The translations under genes were made by a program, and so were the position numbers. From Candidatus Pacearchaeota archaeon CG_4_10_14_0_2_um_filter_35_33 (lineage in GTDB: Archaea; Nanobdellota; Nanobdellia; Pacearchaeales; GW2011-AR1): a DNA stretch of 64,000 nucleotides. The notes under the pieces were generated by a model, which saw nothing but the letters and a program-made list of their open reading frames with translations, was not told the origin of the DNA and did no database searches. The stretch is from positions 24,475-88,474 of the forward strand of contig PFOR01000012.1 of the NCBI GenBank assembly GCA_002792635.1, written 5' to 3'. This document shows positions 28,086 through 38,648 of the stretch, one piece after another (the stretch's first letter is position 1; every line of letters begins with the position of its first letter).

Positions 28086-28949
28086 ATGTTAGAGATGTTG
28101 ATGAGTCCTAAGAAGGCTGAGAGGAGGCCGTGGGAGCTGTTTTTTGTAGGTGCCTTTTATGCCACTCTCGCCATATTGATTACTAACTGGGTTTTTGCGA
28201 GAGATGCTGTTCTTTCACAGTATTCGAGCATTTTTGTGATTACATTTACTGTTATGTTTTCGATTCCCTTCATGTATTATGTCATAAGGTATGAAGAGAA
28301 GAAGGCGGCCACTATAAGCAGTTCATGGGAAAGATTGAAAGAACATAGGAAGGCATTATGGGCATTTCTCTGGCTTTTTGTTGGATTTGTTGTTGCCTTT
28401 TCTTTTTGGTATATCTTGCTTCCTACAACTGATGCTTATCGGGCTCCTGTAGAAACCTACTGTCAAATAAATAGGCCCGGGAATGCAGATCAATGCTTCG
28501 CTCAGTATGGGATAAAAGATTCTCCTACATCAACTCAATTTGCAACGACTAATGGAGAAAGACTATTCCTGATATTTACTAATAATATTTACGTTTTGAT
28601 ATTCATTCTTGTGTTCTCATTAATCTTCGGGGCAGGGGTGATTTTCATACTTGCTTGGAATGCGAGTGTCATAGCAGCAGCTATAGCCATATTTAGCAAA
28701 TCTGAATTGAGTGCTCTGCCGCTTGCACTGGGAAGATATTTCATACATGGAATTCCAGAAATCGCAGCCTATTTTGTTGCTGCCTTAGCCGGAGGCATAA
28801 TTTCCATAGCAGTTATAAGAAGAGATGTTGAAACAGAAAAATTTTGGGAAATTTTGCAAGATTCTTTGAATCTGATTATTGTTGCAGTGGTTGTATTGTT
28901 CTTGGCTGCCTTAATGGAAGTGTTCATTACGCCCGTATTTTTTAATTGA
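28086..28949 (+). CDS. DUF95 / stage II sporulation protein M-like membrane protein
   Basis: Multi-TM protein with the IFTNN…LAWNASV pattern reminiscent of the SpoIIM/DUF95 family. Confidence 0.35.
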   Translation: MLEMLMSPKKAERRPWELFFVGAFYATLAILITNWVFARDAVLSQYSSIFVITFTVMFSIPFMYYVIRYEEKKAATISSSWERLKEHRKALWAFLWLFVGFVVAFSFWYILLPTTDAYRAPVETYCQINRPGNADQCFAQYGIKDSPTSTQFATTNGERLFLIFTNNIYVLIFILVFSLIFGAGVIFILAWNASVIAAAIAIFSKSELSALPLALGRYFIHGIPEIAAYFVAALAGGIISIAVIRRDVETEKFWEILQDSLNLIIVAVVVLFLAALMEVFITPVFFN

Positions 28950-28982
28950 AAAGTTTAAATAATGCTCTATTATAGGATTTGA

Positions 28983-31700
28983 ATGGACGAGGATACCATA
29001 TTAAAAGAAAGGAAAGACAAGGTTTTTTCATATTTTAAGAATAAATTTGACTGGCTCATATATGTTGGATTGGCAATAATAGTTTTTATAGCTGTTAAAA
29101 TTAGGACCTTAAATCTTCCAAGATTAAGGGATTCGACGACGGGAGGTTGGACGCTTGGACCTGATTTAGATCCTTTCTTATTTTTGAGGTGGGCAAAGTA
29201 TATTGTTGAAAACGGCTCTTTGTATGCAATAGATAGTATGAGGTACGTCCCCCTCGGATTTAAGACTAGGGGCGAATTAATTCTTCACCCTTATATGATT
29301 GCCTGGTTCCATAATATAGCAAGTATATTTGGGTCGTCATCAGTTGAGCAATCTGCTGCATTATATCCAGTATTCTTTTTTGCTATAACAGTTATTGCTT
29401 TTTTCTTTCTTGTAAAGCAAATATTCTTAAAAGGAGAGGATGCCAATAAGGTTGGGATAATTGCATTAGTATCTTCTTTGATTTTAGTTGTTGCTCCTGT
29501 TCTGCTTCCAAGAACAATAGCAGGTATACCTGAAAAAGAATCTGCTGGGTTTTTCTTTTTGTTTGCTGCATTCTTCTTTTTCTTGCTTGGATGGGAGTCA
29601 AAAACCAAAAAGAAGATATTTGTCTCTTCTATCGTTGCCGGAATAATGACGGCTGGTATGGCATTAGTTTGGGGTGGATTTTTCTATATATTTATTGTTA
29701 TTTCAATTACAACACTTGTAGCATTCTTGCTTGGAAAAGTCAGATCAAATCAAATTTATGGATATGGTGGATGGTTGGTTTCAGCTACAATTTTTATGAC
29801 CCTGTTTAGTACAAGATATCCTGTGATGGGTTTGATTTCTTTAACTACAACAGGACCTTCTTATTTTGTTCTTTTCTTACTTATATTTGCAATGATATTA
29901 AACCATTTTAAAGATTCTAAATACGTGCAAAAACTGAATAGGATTAAGTTGCCAAGAAATTTGAGCATCTTGGTTGTGTTCACCATACTTGCCCTAATAA
30001 TTTCTATGGTTGTATTTGGGCCTGGTTTCTTAGTACATAAGGTTTCAGATGTTAAAAACAATCTAATAAAGCCTGTTACAGACAGACTTGGTGTAACCGT
30101 TGCTGAGAATAGACAACCCTACTTCGGGGAATGGGCAGGCAATTTTGGACCTGATTTTGCAGGAATTCCAGTTATGTTTGGGATTTTTTTCATGGGTTCT
30201 ATTTACTTATTCTATCAAATGTTGAAATTATTTCCGAAGAAAGAAAAAATAATAATGACTTGTGGTTATGTTGTATTCTTGTTTGCTATTGTATTTAGCA
30301 GATATAAATCTGGCAGTTTGTTGAATGGTGAAAATTTTGCAAGTATTTCGTTATATATAATTGGATTTTTAGTTTTGGTATTGACTCTTCTTTATTATTA
30401 TATAAAACACGATAAACAAGGAGACTTAGGCAAATTTAAAAAGATTGATTATGGTAAGATATTCTTATTTGCATTTTTCTTCTTTAGCATTGTTTCCGCA
30501 AGAGGCGCAGTTAGATTGATAATGGTTTTGATTCCGAGTGCTGCAATAATAGCTAGTTACTTTGTCGTTGATGTTGCTTTCAAAGCTCGAAGGAAGGAAG
30601 GGGGTAAAAATGTTGCAATGTTAATAGTTGCAGCAGTCTTGGTTATTTTCCTGGCTTATTCTACTTTTGCATTTTATCAGGTAAGTAGTGGCACTGCTAG
30701 AAATTATGTTCCTTCTGTTTATAATCAACAATGGCAGGAAGCTATGTCCTGGGTTAGGGAAAATACCGATGAATCTGCCGTCTTCGGACATTGGTGGGAT
30801 TATGGTTATTGGATTCAATCCATAGGTGAAAGGGCAACAGTTTTGGATGGCGGAAATGTTTATATTTATTGGAATTATCTTATGGGTCGTCATGTTTTAA
30901 CAAGCAAAGATGATAAAGTTGGATTAGAGTATTTGTATAGCCACGATGCGACTCACTTGTTGATTGATTCAACAGATATTGGTAAATATACTGCATTTTC
31001 TAGCATAGGTTCTAATGAAGAATATGATAGGAGGAGCTGGATTCCTACTTTCTTAAAAGATGACTCTAGCACAGAGGAAAAGAAAAATAGCATTGTTACA
31101 TATTATGCCGGTTCAACTAGTTTAGATGAAGATATAATTTATGTTGGTGAAAATGAAAAAAAGATGTTTTTGGCGGGTGTTGGAGACAGTGACTTGGACA
31201 AAGTGGGTAGCATTGCAGGACTTGGTGCAATAAAATTAGAAAAGAGTAAAAATGGGACTGGTATTGGAGTTACAGGATTATATGTTTATCAAGGCGTACC
31301 CTATGAAATACCTATAAGGTATGTATATTATGCAGGCACCTTAATAGATACTGGAAGAGGCCTGGAGGCGGGCGTATTTATATATCCTGCAGTGACTAGT
31401 AGCACGTCTCTTGATAGCGAAGGTGCTGCGATATACCTAAGTAAAAGAACATTTAATTCCAATATCGCTAAACTGTATCTACTTGGGTTAGATGATAATT
31501 ACTTTAAATTGGAACATACCGAGGATGATTTCATCGTAGAAAGTCTTAAGCAACAAGGAATAACTCAAAGTGACTTTGTTTATTACAATGGACTTAGGGG
31601 GCCAATAAAGATTTGGAGTATTGATTATCCAGATGATATTTCTAAAAGGGATGAGTATTTAAGTAAAACTTTTCCTGGTGAAAACCCGCTCTTAAAATGA
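28983..31700 (+). CDS. aglB: oligosaccharyltransferase AglB (STT3 homologue)
   Basis: 905-aa polytopic N-terminal domain plus soluble C-terminal domain. Hallmark WWDYG motif (FGHWWDYGYWIQ). Confidence 0.85.
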   Translation: MDEDTILKERKDKVFSYFKNKFDWLIYVGLAIIVFIAVKIRTLNLPRLRDSTTGGWTLGPDLDPFLFLRWAKYIVENGSLYAIDSMRYVPLGFKTRGELILHPYMIAWFHNIASIFGSSSVEQSAALYPVFFFAITVIAFFFLVKQIFLKGEDANKVGIIALVSSLILVVAPVLLPRTIAGIPEKESAGFFFLFAAFFFFLLGWESKTKKKIFVSSIVAGIMTAGMALVWGGFFYIFIVISITTLVAFLLGKVRSNQIYGYGGWLVSATIFMTLFSTRYPVMGLISLTTTGPSYFVLFLLIFAMILNHFKDSKYVQKLNRIKLPRNLSILVVFTILALIISMVVFGPGFLVHKVSDVKNNLIKPVTDRLGVTVAENRQPYFGEWAGNFGPDFAGIPVMFGIFFMGSIYLFYQMLKLFPKKEKIIMTCGYVVFLFAIVFSRYKSGSLLNGENFASISLYIIGFLVLVLTLLYYYIKHDKQGDLGKFKKIDYGKIFLFAFFFFSIVSARGAVRLIMVLIPSAAIIASYFVVDVAFKARRKEGGKNVAMLIVAAVLVIFLAYSTFAFYQVSSGTARNYVPSVYNQQWQEAMSWVRENTDESAVFGHWWDYGYWIQSIGERATVLDGGNVYIYWNYLMGRHVLTSKDDKVGLEYLYSHDATHLLIDSTDIGKYTAFSSIGSNEEYDRRSWIPTFLKDDSSTEEKKNSIVTYYAGSTSLDEDIIYVGENEKKMFLAGVGDSDLDKVGSIAGLGAIKLEKSKNGTGIGVTGLYVYQGVPYEIPIRYVYYAGTLIDTGRGLEAGVFIYPAVTSSTSLDSEGAAIYLSKRTFNSNIAKLYLLGLDDNYFKLEHTEDDFIVESLKQQGITQSDFVYYNGLRGPIKIWSIDYPDDISKRDEYLSKTFPGENPLLK

Positions 31701-32713
31701 TTGATTTTTTTATTGTCATTATTCTTTTTGTTGGGTTCCTAATCAGTTTAGGATTTATGCCTGCATGGATTAAAAAAGCTAAACAGATTGGCTTAAAATG
31801 GAAGGATATGAACAAATATGAAGAAAGATTTGTTGCAGGGTCTGGAGGCATTATTGTTGTTTTGTCATTTTTCACTTCTGTTTTTTTGTTGGTTGGATAT
31901 AGTGCATTTTTTAGAAATTTTTTCGGAGAAGAACTATTGAAATTGTTTGCTCTCTTGACTACTATTATTTTTCTTGCCGGCATAGGTTTTATTGATGATT
32001 TAATGGGTTGGATGGAAGGGGGAATATCAAAAAAAACTAAGATATTGTTGATTTTAATTTCGGCAATACCTTTAGTTGCCATAAATGTTGGAAAGTCTGT
32101 TGTTTCTATGCCTTTTGTGGGTCCTATTGAACTTGGCTTGTTTTATGTTCTTGTTTTGATACCTATGGGTATAGTTGGCTCTTCAACAATTTTTAATATT
32201 CTTGCCGGTTTTAATGGGTTGGAGGCAGGACAAGGAATATTAATACTGTCTTCGCTTTCTCTGGTCGCATTTGCAATAGGAAGCCCCTGGTTATCTATCG
32301 TAGTGTTATGTATGGTTCTTTCCCTGTTGGGTTTCTTGATTTACAATTTCTCTCCTGCTAAAGTTTTTCCAGGTGATTCTCTAACAATTGCGGTTGGGGG
32401 GCTTATTGCAGTTACTGCAATTATAGGAAATTTTGAGAAGATTGCCGTATTTTTTATGATTCCTTATTTTTTGGAAGCGGGATTAAAAATTAGGGGTAAA
32501 TTAAAAAAACAATCATTCGGTAAACCCAACCAAGATGGAAGTTTGGGTCTTCTTTATGGGAAAATCTATAGTTTGAACCATCTGGCTATACTCTTTATGA
32601 AAAAACTTGGAGTAAAATCTACGGAAAGAAGAGCCGTGATAATGATTTGGATATTTCAAATAATAGTAATCCTTGTCGGTTTACTTATTTTCAGAGGGGG
32701 CATATTTGGGTAA
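31697..32713 (+). CDS. aglH: UDP-GlcNAc:dolichyl-phosphate GlcNAc-1-phosphate transferase family (AglH / Alg7 / MraY-WecA superfamily)
   Basis: Polytopic membrane protein with the GIGFIDDLMG motif of polyprenyl-phosphate sugar-1-P transferases. Confidence 0.75.
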   Translation: MIDFFIVIILFVGFLISLGFMPAWIKKAKQIGLKWKDMNKYEERFVAGSGGIIVVLSFFTSVFLLVGYSAFFRNFFGEELLKLFALLTTIIFLAGIGFIDDLMGWMEGGISKKTKILLILISAIPLVAINVGKSVVSMPFVGPIELGLFYVLVLIPMGIVGSSTIFNILAGFNGLEAGQGILILSSLSLVAFAIGSPWLSIVVLCMVLSLLGFLIYNFSPAKVFPGDSLTIAVGGLIAVTAIIGNFEKIAVFFMIPYFLEAGLKIRGKLKKQSFGKPNQDGSLGLLYGKIYSLNHLAILFMKKLGVKSTERRAVIMIWIFQIIVILVGLLIFRGGIFG

Positions 32714-32714
32714 G

Positions 32715-33923
32715 ATGCATCATGTGAAGAAAAAAATATGGGAAGGGAGTTTGGTTTTATTAATCACGTTTAACATATTTAATTTATTGAATTTTATTTT
32801 TCAATTCGCAATGGTCAGATTCCTTGACCTTGCTGAATATGGGGTGCTTGCTAGTTTATTTTCAATGATTTATATATTGGGTGTATTTTCCGAATCTATC
32901 CCAACAGTATTGAGTAAATATACAACAAATGAATCCAATAAAGGAAAATTGAAAAATATTCTTAAGAAATCATTAAAAAAGTCTATTTATGTCTCATTTT
33001 TGTTTTTTGGACTTTACCTTTTATTAAGCGTGGTTTTATCCCTTAAACTAAATATCCCTTATCTGCTTCTTATTATTACAGGTTTGATGATATTCTTTGC
33101 CTTTTTTGGTTCAGTTACTAGAGGGGTTATGCAAGGCAGAAAAAAGTTTTTTTCGCTTGGATGGAACTTAATTATAGAATCAGCAATTAAATTGGTTTTA
33201 GGTGTTAGCTTGGTTCTTATTGGATGGGGGGTGTATGGGGCGATGTTTGCAACAGTTGTTGGGGCAATGTTTGCATTCATAGTTTCATTTATACCCTTAA
33301 GACCTATAATAAAATCTAAAGAACAGAAAGCTTCTACTCCAGACATATATAAATACACATGGCCTGTGTTTGTTTTGACTTCTGTAATAATAATCTTTTA
33401 CAGCATTGACGTGCTTATTGCAAGATTGGTTTTTCCAGATATTTTGGCAGGACAATATGCTGTAGCATCCACAATCGCTAAGATAATCTTTGTAGGGACT
33501 TTCCCTATAAGCAAGGTAATGTTTCCCCTAAGTGCTGAGAAAAGTCTGGACACGGGTCATCAGAAGAAAGTTTTAGTGAATTCTCTGATGTTGATATTGA
33601 TTTTGATAGGAATCGGTCTTGTTATAACTGCCTTAATTCCTGAGTTTATAATATTCATTTTCAAAGGATATATCGTTAAGGAGTCTGCATCAGTATTGTT
33701 CTTGCTGTCTATTGCTACTGGATTAATTTCTCTTTCTAATCTCTTTGTGCTCTATAACCTGTCAATCGGTCGAATTAAAGGAGTCTATCTGTTCATATTC
33801 TTGCTTGTACTTGAAGCTTTGATGTTGTATGTATTTTCGTCCAGCATAATTGTATTTTCCTTAGCATTTATTGCGGCGTCATTAATTTTATTAATCGCTT
33901 CTATCCTGCTTATCCGAAGATGA
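32715..33923 (+). CDS. oligosaccharide flippase (Wzx/MOP superfamily; AglR-like)
   Basis: ~400 aa, 12-14 TM, polysaccharide-biosynthesis-protein architecture. Start at the ATG just after the aglH stop. Confidence 0.6.
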   Translation: MHHVKKKIWEGSLVLLITFNIFNLLNFIFQFAMVRFLDLAEYGVLASLFSMIYILGVFSESIPTVLSKYTTNESNKGKLKNILKKSLKKSIYVSFLFFGLYLLLSVVLSLKLNIPYLLLIITGLMIFFAFFGSVTRGVMQGRKKFFSLGWNLIIESAIKLVLGVSLVLIGWGVYGAMFATVVGAMFAFIVSFIPLRPIIKSKEQKASTPDIYKYTWPVFVLTSVIIIFYSIDVLIARLVFPDILAGQYAVASTIAKIIFVGTFPISKVMFPLSAEKSLDTGHQKKVLVNSLMLILILIGIGLVITALIPEFIIFIFKGYIVKESASVLFLLSIATGLISLSNLFVLYNLSIGRIKGVYLFIFLLVLEALMLYVFSSSIIVFSLAFIAASLILLIASILLIRR

Positions 33924-34705
33924 AGGTCTCTATAATTATTCCAGCATATAATGAGGAAAAAAGAATAGGAAATACTCTTAATCGGTATAACGAATACTTT
34001 TCAAGAGTTTTAAAAGGGAGGGGGTTAGATTATGAAATTTTAGTGGTGATAAATAATACGACAGATAACACTAAAGGAGTGGTTGAAAAATTCTCTAAAA
34101 AAAATAAAAGAATAAATTATTTAGAGTTGGAAAGGGGTGGGAAGGGATTTGCAGTTCTTTCTGGATTTAAGAAGGCTCTGTCAAATGAAAAGAATGACCT
34201 TATCGGATTTGTTGATGCTGATTTAGCCACACCTCCTGAAGAATTTCACAAACTAATCAATTCGATTAAAAGGTGTGATGTTGCAATAGCAAGCAGGTTA
34301 AAAAAGGGGTCTAAGATTCTTCCCAAATTTACATTGAAGAAAAAATTAATTACTTTGGGATTCAGCAACTTTGTTAGATTTTTGATGATGATGCCCCATA
34401 AGGATACACAATGTGGGGCAAAGTTATTTAGAAATAATTCTGCTAAATATGTGGTTGAAAATGTTGTGATGTCAAAATGGGCATTCGATGTTGAGGTTTT
34501 GTATAAATTGAGAAAGGAAGGGCACAGGATAATTGAAGTTCCGAGTGTTTGGTTTGACGTTCAAGGCAGTAAGATTGATATTAAGAAAGACTCAATAAGG
34601 ATGTTCCTTGCAATATGGCAACTGAGAATTGTAAATTCCCCGTTTAGAGGATTTTTGAAACCTGGAAAACCCATGATAGATTTTGTTTGGAGGTTTGTCA
34701 AATGA
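33920..34705 (+). CDS. GT2 glycosyltransferase (dolichyl-phosphate mannose/glucose synthase-like)
   Basis: N-terminal IIIPAYNEE…, DAD (VDADL) motif, DPM1-like size. Confidence 0.75.
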   Translation: MKVSIIIPAYNEEKRIGNTLNRYNEYFSRVLKGRGLDYEILVVINNTTDNTKGVVEKFSKKNKRINYLELERGGKGFAVLSGFKKALSNEKNDLIGFVDADLATPPEEFHKLINSIKRCDVAIASRLKKGSKILPKFTLKKKLITLGFSNFVRFLMMMPHKDTQCGAKLFRNNSAKYVVENVVMSKWAFDVEVLYKLRKEGHRIIEVPSVWFDVQGSKIDIKKDSIRMFLAIWQLRIVNSPFRGFLKPGKPMIDFVWRFVK

Positions 34706-35151
34706 AAATAATTTTTGCTGCATCTGCCGGGGGGCATTTAACGGAATTATTAATGATAGCTAATAAAAAGGTTATTGGAAAAAATGATAAAATTATATTG
34801 AGTGAAAAAACTGACCGCACGAAAAATTTATCTGGAAAGGTTTATTTTTTTGAAGCCCTGGGATATAATCCTGTAAAATACATTCTTCCGTTATTGAGGT
34901 GTATGAAAATATTGAAAAGGGAGAAAGTTAAATTGATTTTGACTACCGGAGCAGAGGTGGGATTGGTTGCGATTATTGCTGGAAGATTGTTAGGTATTAA
35001 ATCTGTTTTTATTGAAATTGCAGGCAATCCGAAAACCCCCTCTTTGGGAGGGAGGATGGCTTATCTTTTTAGCAACGTCTTTCTTGTCCAATATCCCGAG
35101 TTGGCTAAAAAATTTGGGAGAAAGGCAAAATATGTTGGGGGAATAATATGA
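34702..35151 (+). CDS. Alg14-like glycosyltransferase membrane-anchor/activator subunit
   Basis: IIFAASAGGHLTELLMI… matches the Alg14 GGHT motif. ~150 aa, followed immediately by an Alg13-like ORF. Confidence 0.65.
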   Translation: MKIIFAASAGGHLTELLMIANKKVIGKNDKIILSEKTDRTKNLSGKVYFFEALGYNPVKYILPLLRCMKILKREKVKLILTTGAEVGLVAIIAGRLLGIKSVFIEIAGNPKTPSLGGRMAYLFSNVFLVQYPELAKKFGRKAKYVGGII

Positions 35152-35642
35152 TATTCGTCAGTGTTGGGAACCATGACCAACAATTTACCAGACTGATAAA
35201 ATGGATCGATTCAATTGCTCCAAAAATAAAAGAGAAAATTATAGTTCAGAGAGGTTATACAAAGTACGTGCCAAAAAATTGTGGAAGTTTTCAATGGTCG
35301 AAGAGTCTTTCAGATTATATTAAAAAATCAAATCTAGTTATAACCCATGCTGGCATAGGAACAACATTGGAAGTTTTGAAGAAATATAAAAAACCTTGCA
35401 TCGTAGTTCCCAGACAACACAGTTATGGGGAACATATAAACAATCATCAAGTTGATTATTCCAGATTATTAGAAAAGAAAAATGTAAGGGTTGTATATGA
35501 TGTTAGGGATTTAACTCCTAAATTATTAAATAAATATAGGAAAGTTGTAAAAGTTGAGAATAAGAGTTTTAATAGCCTTCAGGACTTTTTGAGCAGGATT
35601 ATTAAAAAAACGGAGGCTGAAATTGGCGAAAAAATTAACTAA
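35148..35642 (+). CDS. Alg13-like catalytic subunit (Glyco_tran_28 C-terminal domain)
   Basis: …LVITHAGIGTTLEVL… equals the GT28 C-terminal (MurG/Alg13) nucleotide-sugar-binding motif. Forms the bipartite Alg13/14 arrangement with the previous ORF. Confidence 0.65.
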   Translation: MIFVSVGNHDQQFTRLIKWIDSIAPKIKEKIIVQRGYTKYVPKNCGSFQWSKSLSDYIKKSNLVITHAGIGTTLEVLKKYKKPCIVVPRQHSYGEHINNHQVDYSRLLEKKNVRVVYDVRDLTPKLLNKYRKVVKVENKSFNSLQDFLSRIIKKTEAEIGEKIN

Positions 35643-36558
35643 TTGTCCGTGTTGCGATGGGATGATAGGTGTTTTATACGAGGAACTTTATGATAAGAGC
35701 TATATGGTTCCTGGTAAATTCAAGATGTTTAGGTGTAATAGATGTGGACTTGATTTTATTAATCCAATTATGAATGAAAAAGAATTAGGAAAATATTACC
35801 CAGAAGATGAATATTATTCTTTTTACGATTATAACAAACTAGCGCTTGTCTACCATAAAGTTTCGGCCCTGTATCATTCTAAAAAGAACTTTTTTGTGTC
35901 TATTTTGCTCAAACCTTTTTCTTCTTTATTATACACTTATAAATTAGGGAAAGGGAAAAGCATTTTGGAGATTGGATGTGGAAATGGAATGATGCTTGAA
36001 ATTTATAGGAGCTATGGGCTAAAAACTTCTGGATTAGAGCCATATGGTCCTGAATTAACAAAAAGAGAAACAAATCTAGGGATCTTGAGAAAAAATATAA
36101 AAGATGTCCAATATCCCGAGAATAACTTTGATTATATAGTGATGAAGGAAGTTTTGGAGCACGTCCCTGACCAAGAAAGTGTTTTGAAAAAGTGTTTAAA
36201 GTGGTTGAATCCGGGAGGGAGGCTGATTATTACTGTTCCTAATACTGATAGCTTATGGAGAAGAATTTATGGAAAAAATTGGTTTGGATATGATGTTCCA
36301 AGGCACATCTATAATTATAGTCCAAAAAATATATCTATTCTTCTTAAAAAAATTGGTTTTAAAATCAACAATATAAGAGTTTATGACACTCCTTATATGA
36401 TCGATGGATCTATGAAATTTGAGAGAGTAGACAGAACTGGAAAAAAAGAACACCGGGTAATATTTTCTAATTTTTCAAAGATTATTTTAGTCCCTATTAG
36501 CTTATTGGTTAATTATTTTAAGAAAGGCTCTCTAATGGAAATAGAGTGTGTTAAATAA
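35623..36558 (+). CDS. class I SAM-dependent methyltransferase with N-terminal CxxC zinc ribbon
   Basis: CPCCDG…CNRCG, then SAM motif I ILEIGCGNGMMLE and an acidic motif-II region. Confidence 0.65.
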   Translation: MAKKLTNCPCCDGMIGVLYEELYDKSYMVPGKFKMFRCNRCGLDFINPIMNEKELGKYYPEDEYYSFYDYNKLALVYHKVSALYHSKKNFFVSILLKPFSSLLYTYKLGKGKSILEIGCGNGMMLEIYRSYGLKTSGLEPYGPELTKRETNLGILRKNIKDVQYPENNFDYIVMKEVLEHVPDQESVLKKCLKWLNPGGRLIITVPNTDSLWRRIYGKNWFGYDVPRHIYNYSPKNISILLKKIGFKINNIRVYDTPYMIDGSMKFERVDRTGKKEHRVIFSNFSKIILVPISLLVNYFKKGSLMEIECVK

Positions 36559-36605
36559 CTAAACAAGTGAGATTAATTTTATAAACCATCTATTAATAGA
36601 CAAAT

Positions 36606-37637
36606 ATGGCTAACTGGCCAAAGATAAGCATTGTTACTTGTACTTATAATGGAGAAAGAGTAATTGAAGATTATTTTAAATATATTTTTTCTCAAGATTA
36701 TCCTAAAAACAAAATTGAATTAATTGTTGCAGATGGGGGAAGTAGTGATAGAACCCTCGACATAATAGAAAAATATAGGAAGAAATATCCTAAAATAATC
36801 AAATTTATGCATAACCCTCGGCAATATTCTATGGGAAAGGGCATGGGGATGGACCTAGCAACCCGAAAGGCGAAGGGAGAATTTATTGTTCAACTTGGCC
36901 AAGATAATTTGTTAGTTCAAAACGATTGGTTGAAAAATATGATAAAAATCCTTATTGAGAATCCGAAGATTACTGGTGTTCAGTCCCGGCTTTTTATTCC
37001 TAAAAATGCATCTATGACTGATAAATATGTTAATGCTATCGGCATAGAAGACCCTTACGCTATTCCTTATTCCTTGACAGCCCAAGTAGCATTTTACCCA
37101 AAAAAATTCAAATATGATAAGAAAGGTGATTTTTTCATATATAGAATAGACAAGGATAATTTTTATTACGCGGGCGATAATGGGTTTGTGATAAGAAGAA
37201 AGGAGTTTTTAGAAACTGGAGGATATACCCAAGACATAGATAATTTTTATAGAATGGCTGAATCCGGGAAGAGATATTTTATTGCCGTTCCAAGAGATAT
37301 CAGACTTTATCATAAAACTACAACCTCGCTAGAACATATGGTTAAGAAAAGAGTGTTTTACATCGGACATTACCTAATCAAGAATTATGGGGAAAGAGAT
37401 TTCTATTGGATGGACTTTAAGAGAATAAGTTTTATGAGAAATTTAAAATTTTTATTAACTGTTGCCCATAACTTCTTATTTATTCCTGGTGTTTTTCAAG
37501 GATTGAGGATGGCGTTGAAAGAGAAGAAAGGATATTGGTTAATACATCCGGTGATGTTGTGGGTTATTACGATGGCATACATATATGCATTCTTTTATGC
37601 TAAAATAGGCAAGAAGCAGACTAAAGCAGATATTTGA
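36606..37637 (+). CDS. GT2 glycosyltransferase
   Basis: ISIVTCTYNGE…VADGGSSD… GT-A signatures. Confidence 0.7.
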   Translation: MANWPKISIVTCTYNGERVIEDYFKYIFSQDYPKNKIELIVADGGSSDRTLDIIEKYRKKYPKIIKFMHNPRQYSMGKGMGMDLATRKAKGEFIVQLGQDNLLVQNDWLKNMIKILIENPKITGVQSRLFIPKNASMTDKYVNAIGIEDPYAIPYSLTAQVAFYPKKFKYDKKGDFFIYRIDKDNFYYAGDNGFVIRRKEFLETGGYTQDIDNFYRMAESGKRYFIAVPRDIRLYHKTTTSLEHMVKKRVFYIGHYLIKNYGERDFYWMDFKRISFMRNLKFLLTVAHNFLFIPGVFQGLRMALKEKKGYWLIHPVMLWVITMAYIYAFFYAKIGKKQTKADI

Positions 37638-38380
37638 TTAGTTAACTTTTATTTCTAATTCACCTGACTTAACTCTTTGAACCATGTCATTTAAGATAAC
37701 TATCTTATCCACGGGAACTGTTGCGATTAATCGAGCTAGCCAGTGTGACTCCCAAATCGCTCCTGCTCCCTCCATGTCCTCTAATCCTTCTCCAGCATCA
37801 TTTCCTCCGATGTTTAAGGTAAGATAATGGTCTGGTCCTCTTTGAATCATCCAATCTAGATTTGAGATGCCCATACCATACATATGCCTCTCTTTTCCTA
37901 ATGCTGGACAAGGTACAGGGGAGTCTAAGTCAACCCAAGAAACGATCCCATATTTCTCTGAAAGACTTCTTGTGCTTCTTCTAGGACTCTGGTAACATCC
38001 TCTTTCCAGTTATAGATTCTATGTTCCATGCGTTGAGAAACATAATCTTCATCAAGTCCTAAATCTGGAAGCCCTTCTTTCATCTCTCTTACTAAAGCAT
38101 CTATCGGGCGCTCTCCTTCTTCCACATGTCCTCCAAAAAGAATAACGGCTTTGGGTCAATAGAAACAATAATTTCCAGGTCGAAATAAGTCTGTCCTGGG
38201 ATAATCTGATTTATCGACTTCCCTTCCTTGTAAAAGATAATCCGTGTCATATCTGGGGCCACTTACTAATAATAAGCTAACTGCAACATCTGTGTCTTCT
38301 GCCGTGATTAATTTTTGAAAATGTCTTTTTAATTCTTTTTGGAGATTTCTATCATAGAGAGTAGTAAAAATTAGGGGAAA
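37638..38380 (-). pseudogene. Nudix hydrolase family gene with at least two frameshifts
   Basis: Minus-strand segments …RYDTDYLLQGREVDKSDYPRTDLFRPGNYCFY* | PKAVILFGGHVEEGERPIDALVREMKEGLPD… (Nudix box) …QEVFQRNMGSFLGLT* | …EKYGIVSWVDLDSPVPCPALGKERHMYGMGISNLDWMIQRGPDHYLTLNIGGNDAGEGLEDMEGAG…EIKVN* lie in three frames. No intact start. Confidence 0.4.
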
Positions 38381-38648
38381 GATTGGAGGTTAGTGCTGAA
38401 AACTCTTCTGGGGTAATGTGTCCGGATTTGTTAACAGGAGATGTTGATTTTGTTGCTCAAGTATTGGCAAAGGATTCTTTTGAACCTTCTACCCGATATT
38501 TATTGACAAGAGCGCTTGGTGGGGCGGTTTTAGATTATTCTGGAAAGGATATAGGAAATAAAAATGGAGGCCTGTGGGAAATCACTATGAGGCCCTTTTA
38601 TTAACTCGTTCTTAAGAATTAGGGAAACAAGTTTGGAAGTGTGTAGGG

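Noticed and set aside
38383-38604. 73-aa plus-strand ORF upstream of the decayed Nudix region
   Set aside because: It has no motif, lies in a region where both strands show frame-broken junk, and is likely non-coding.
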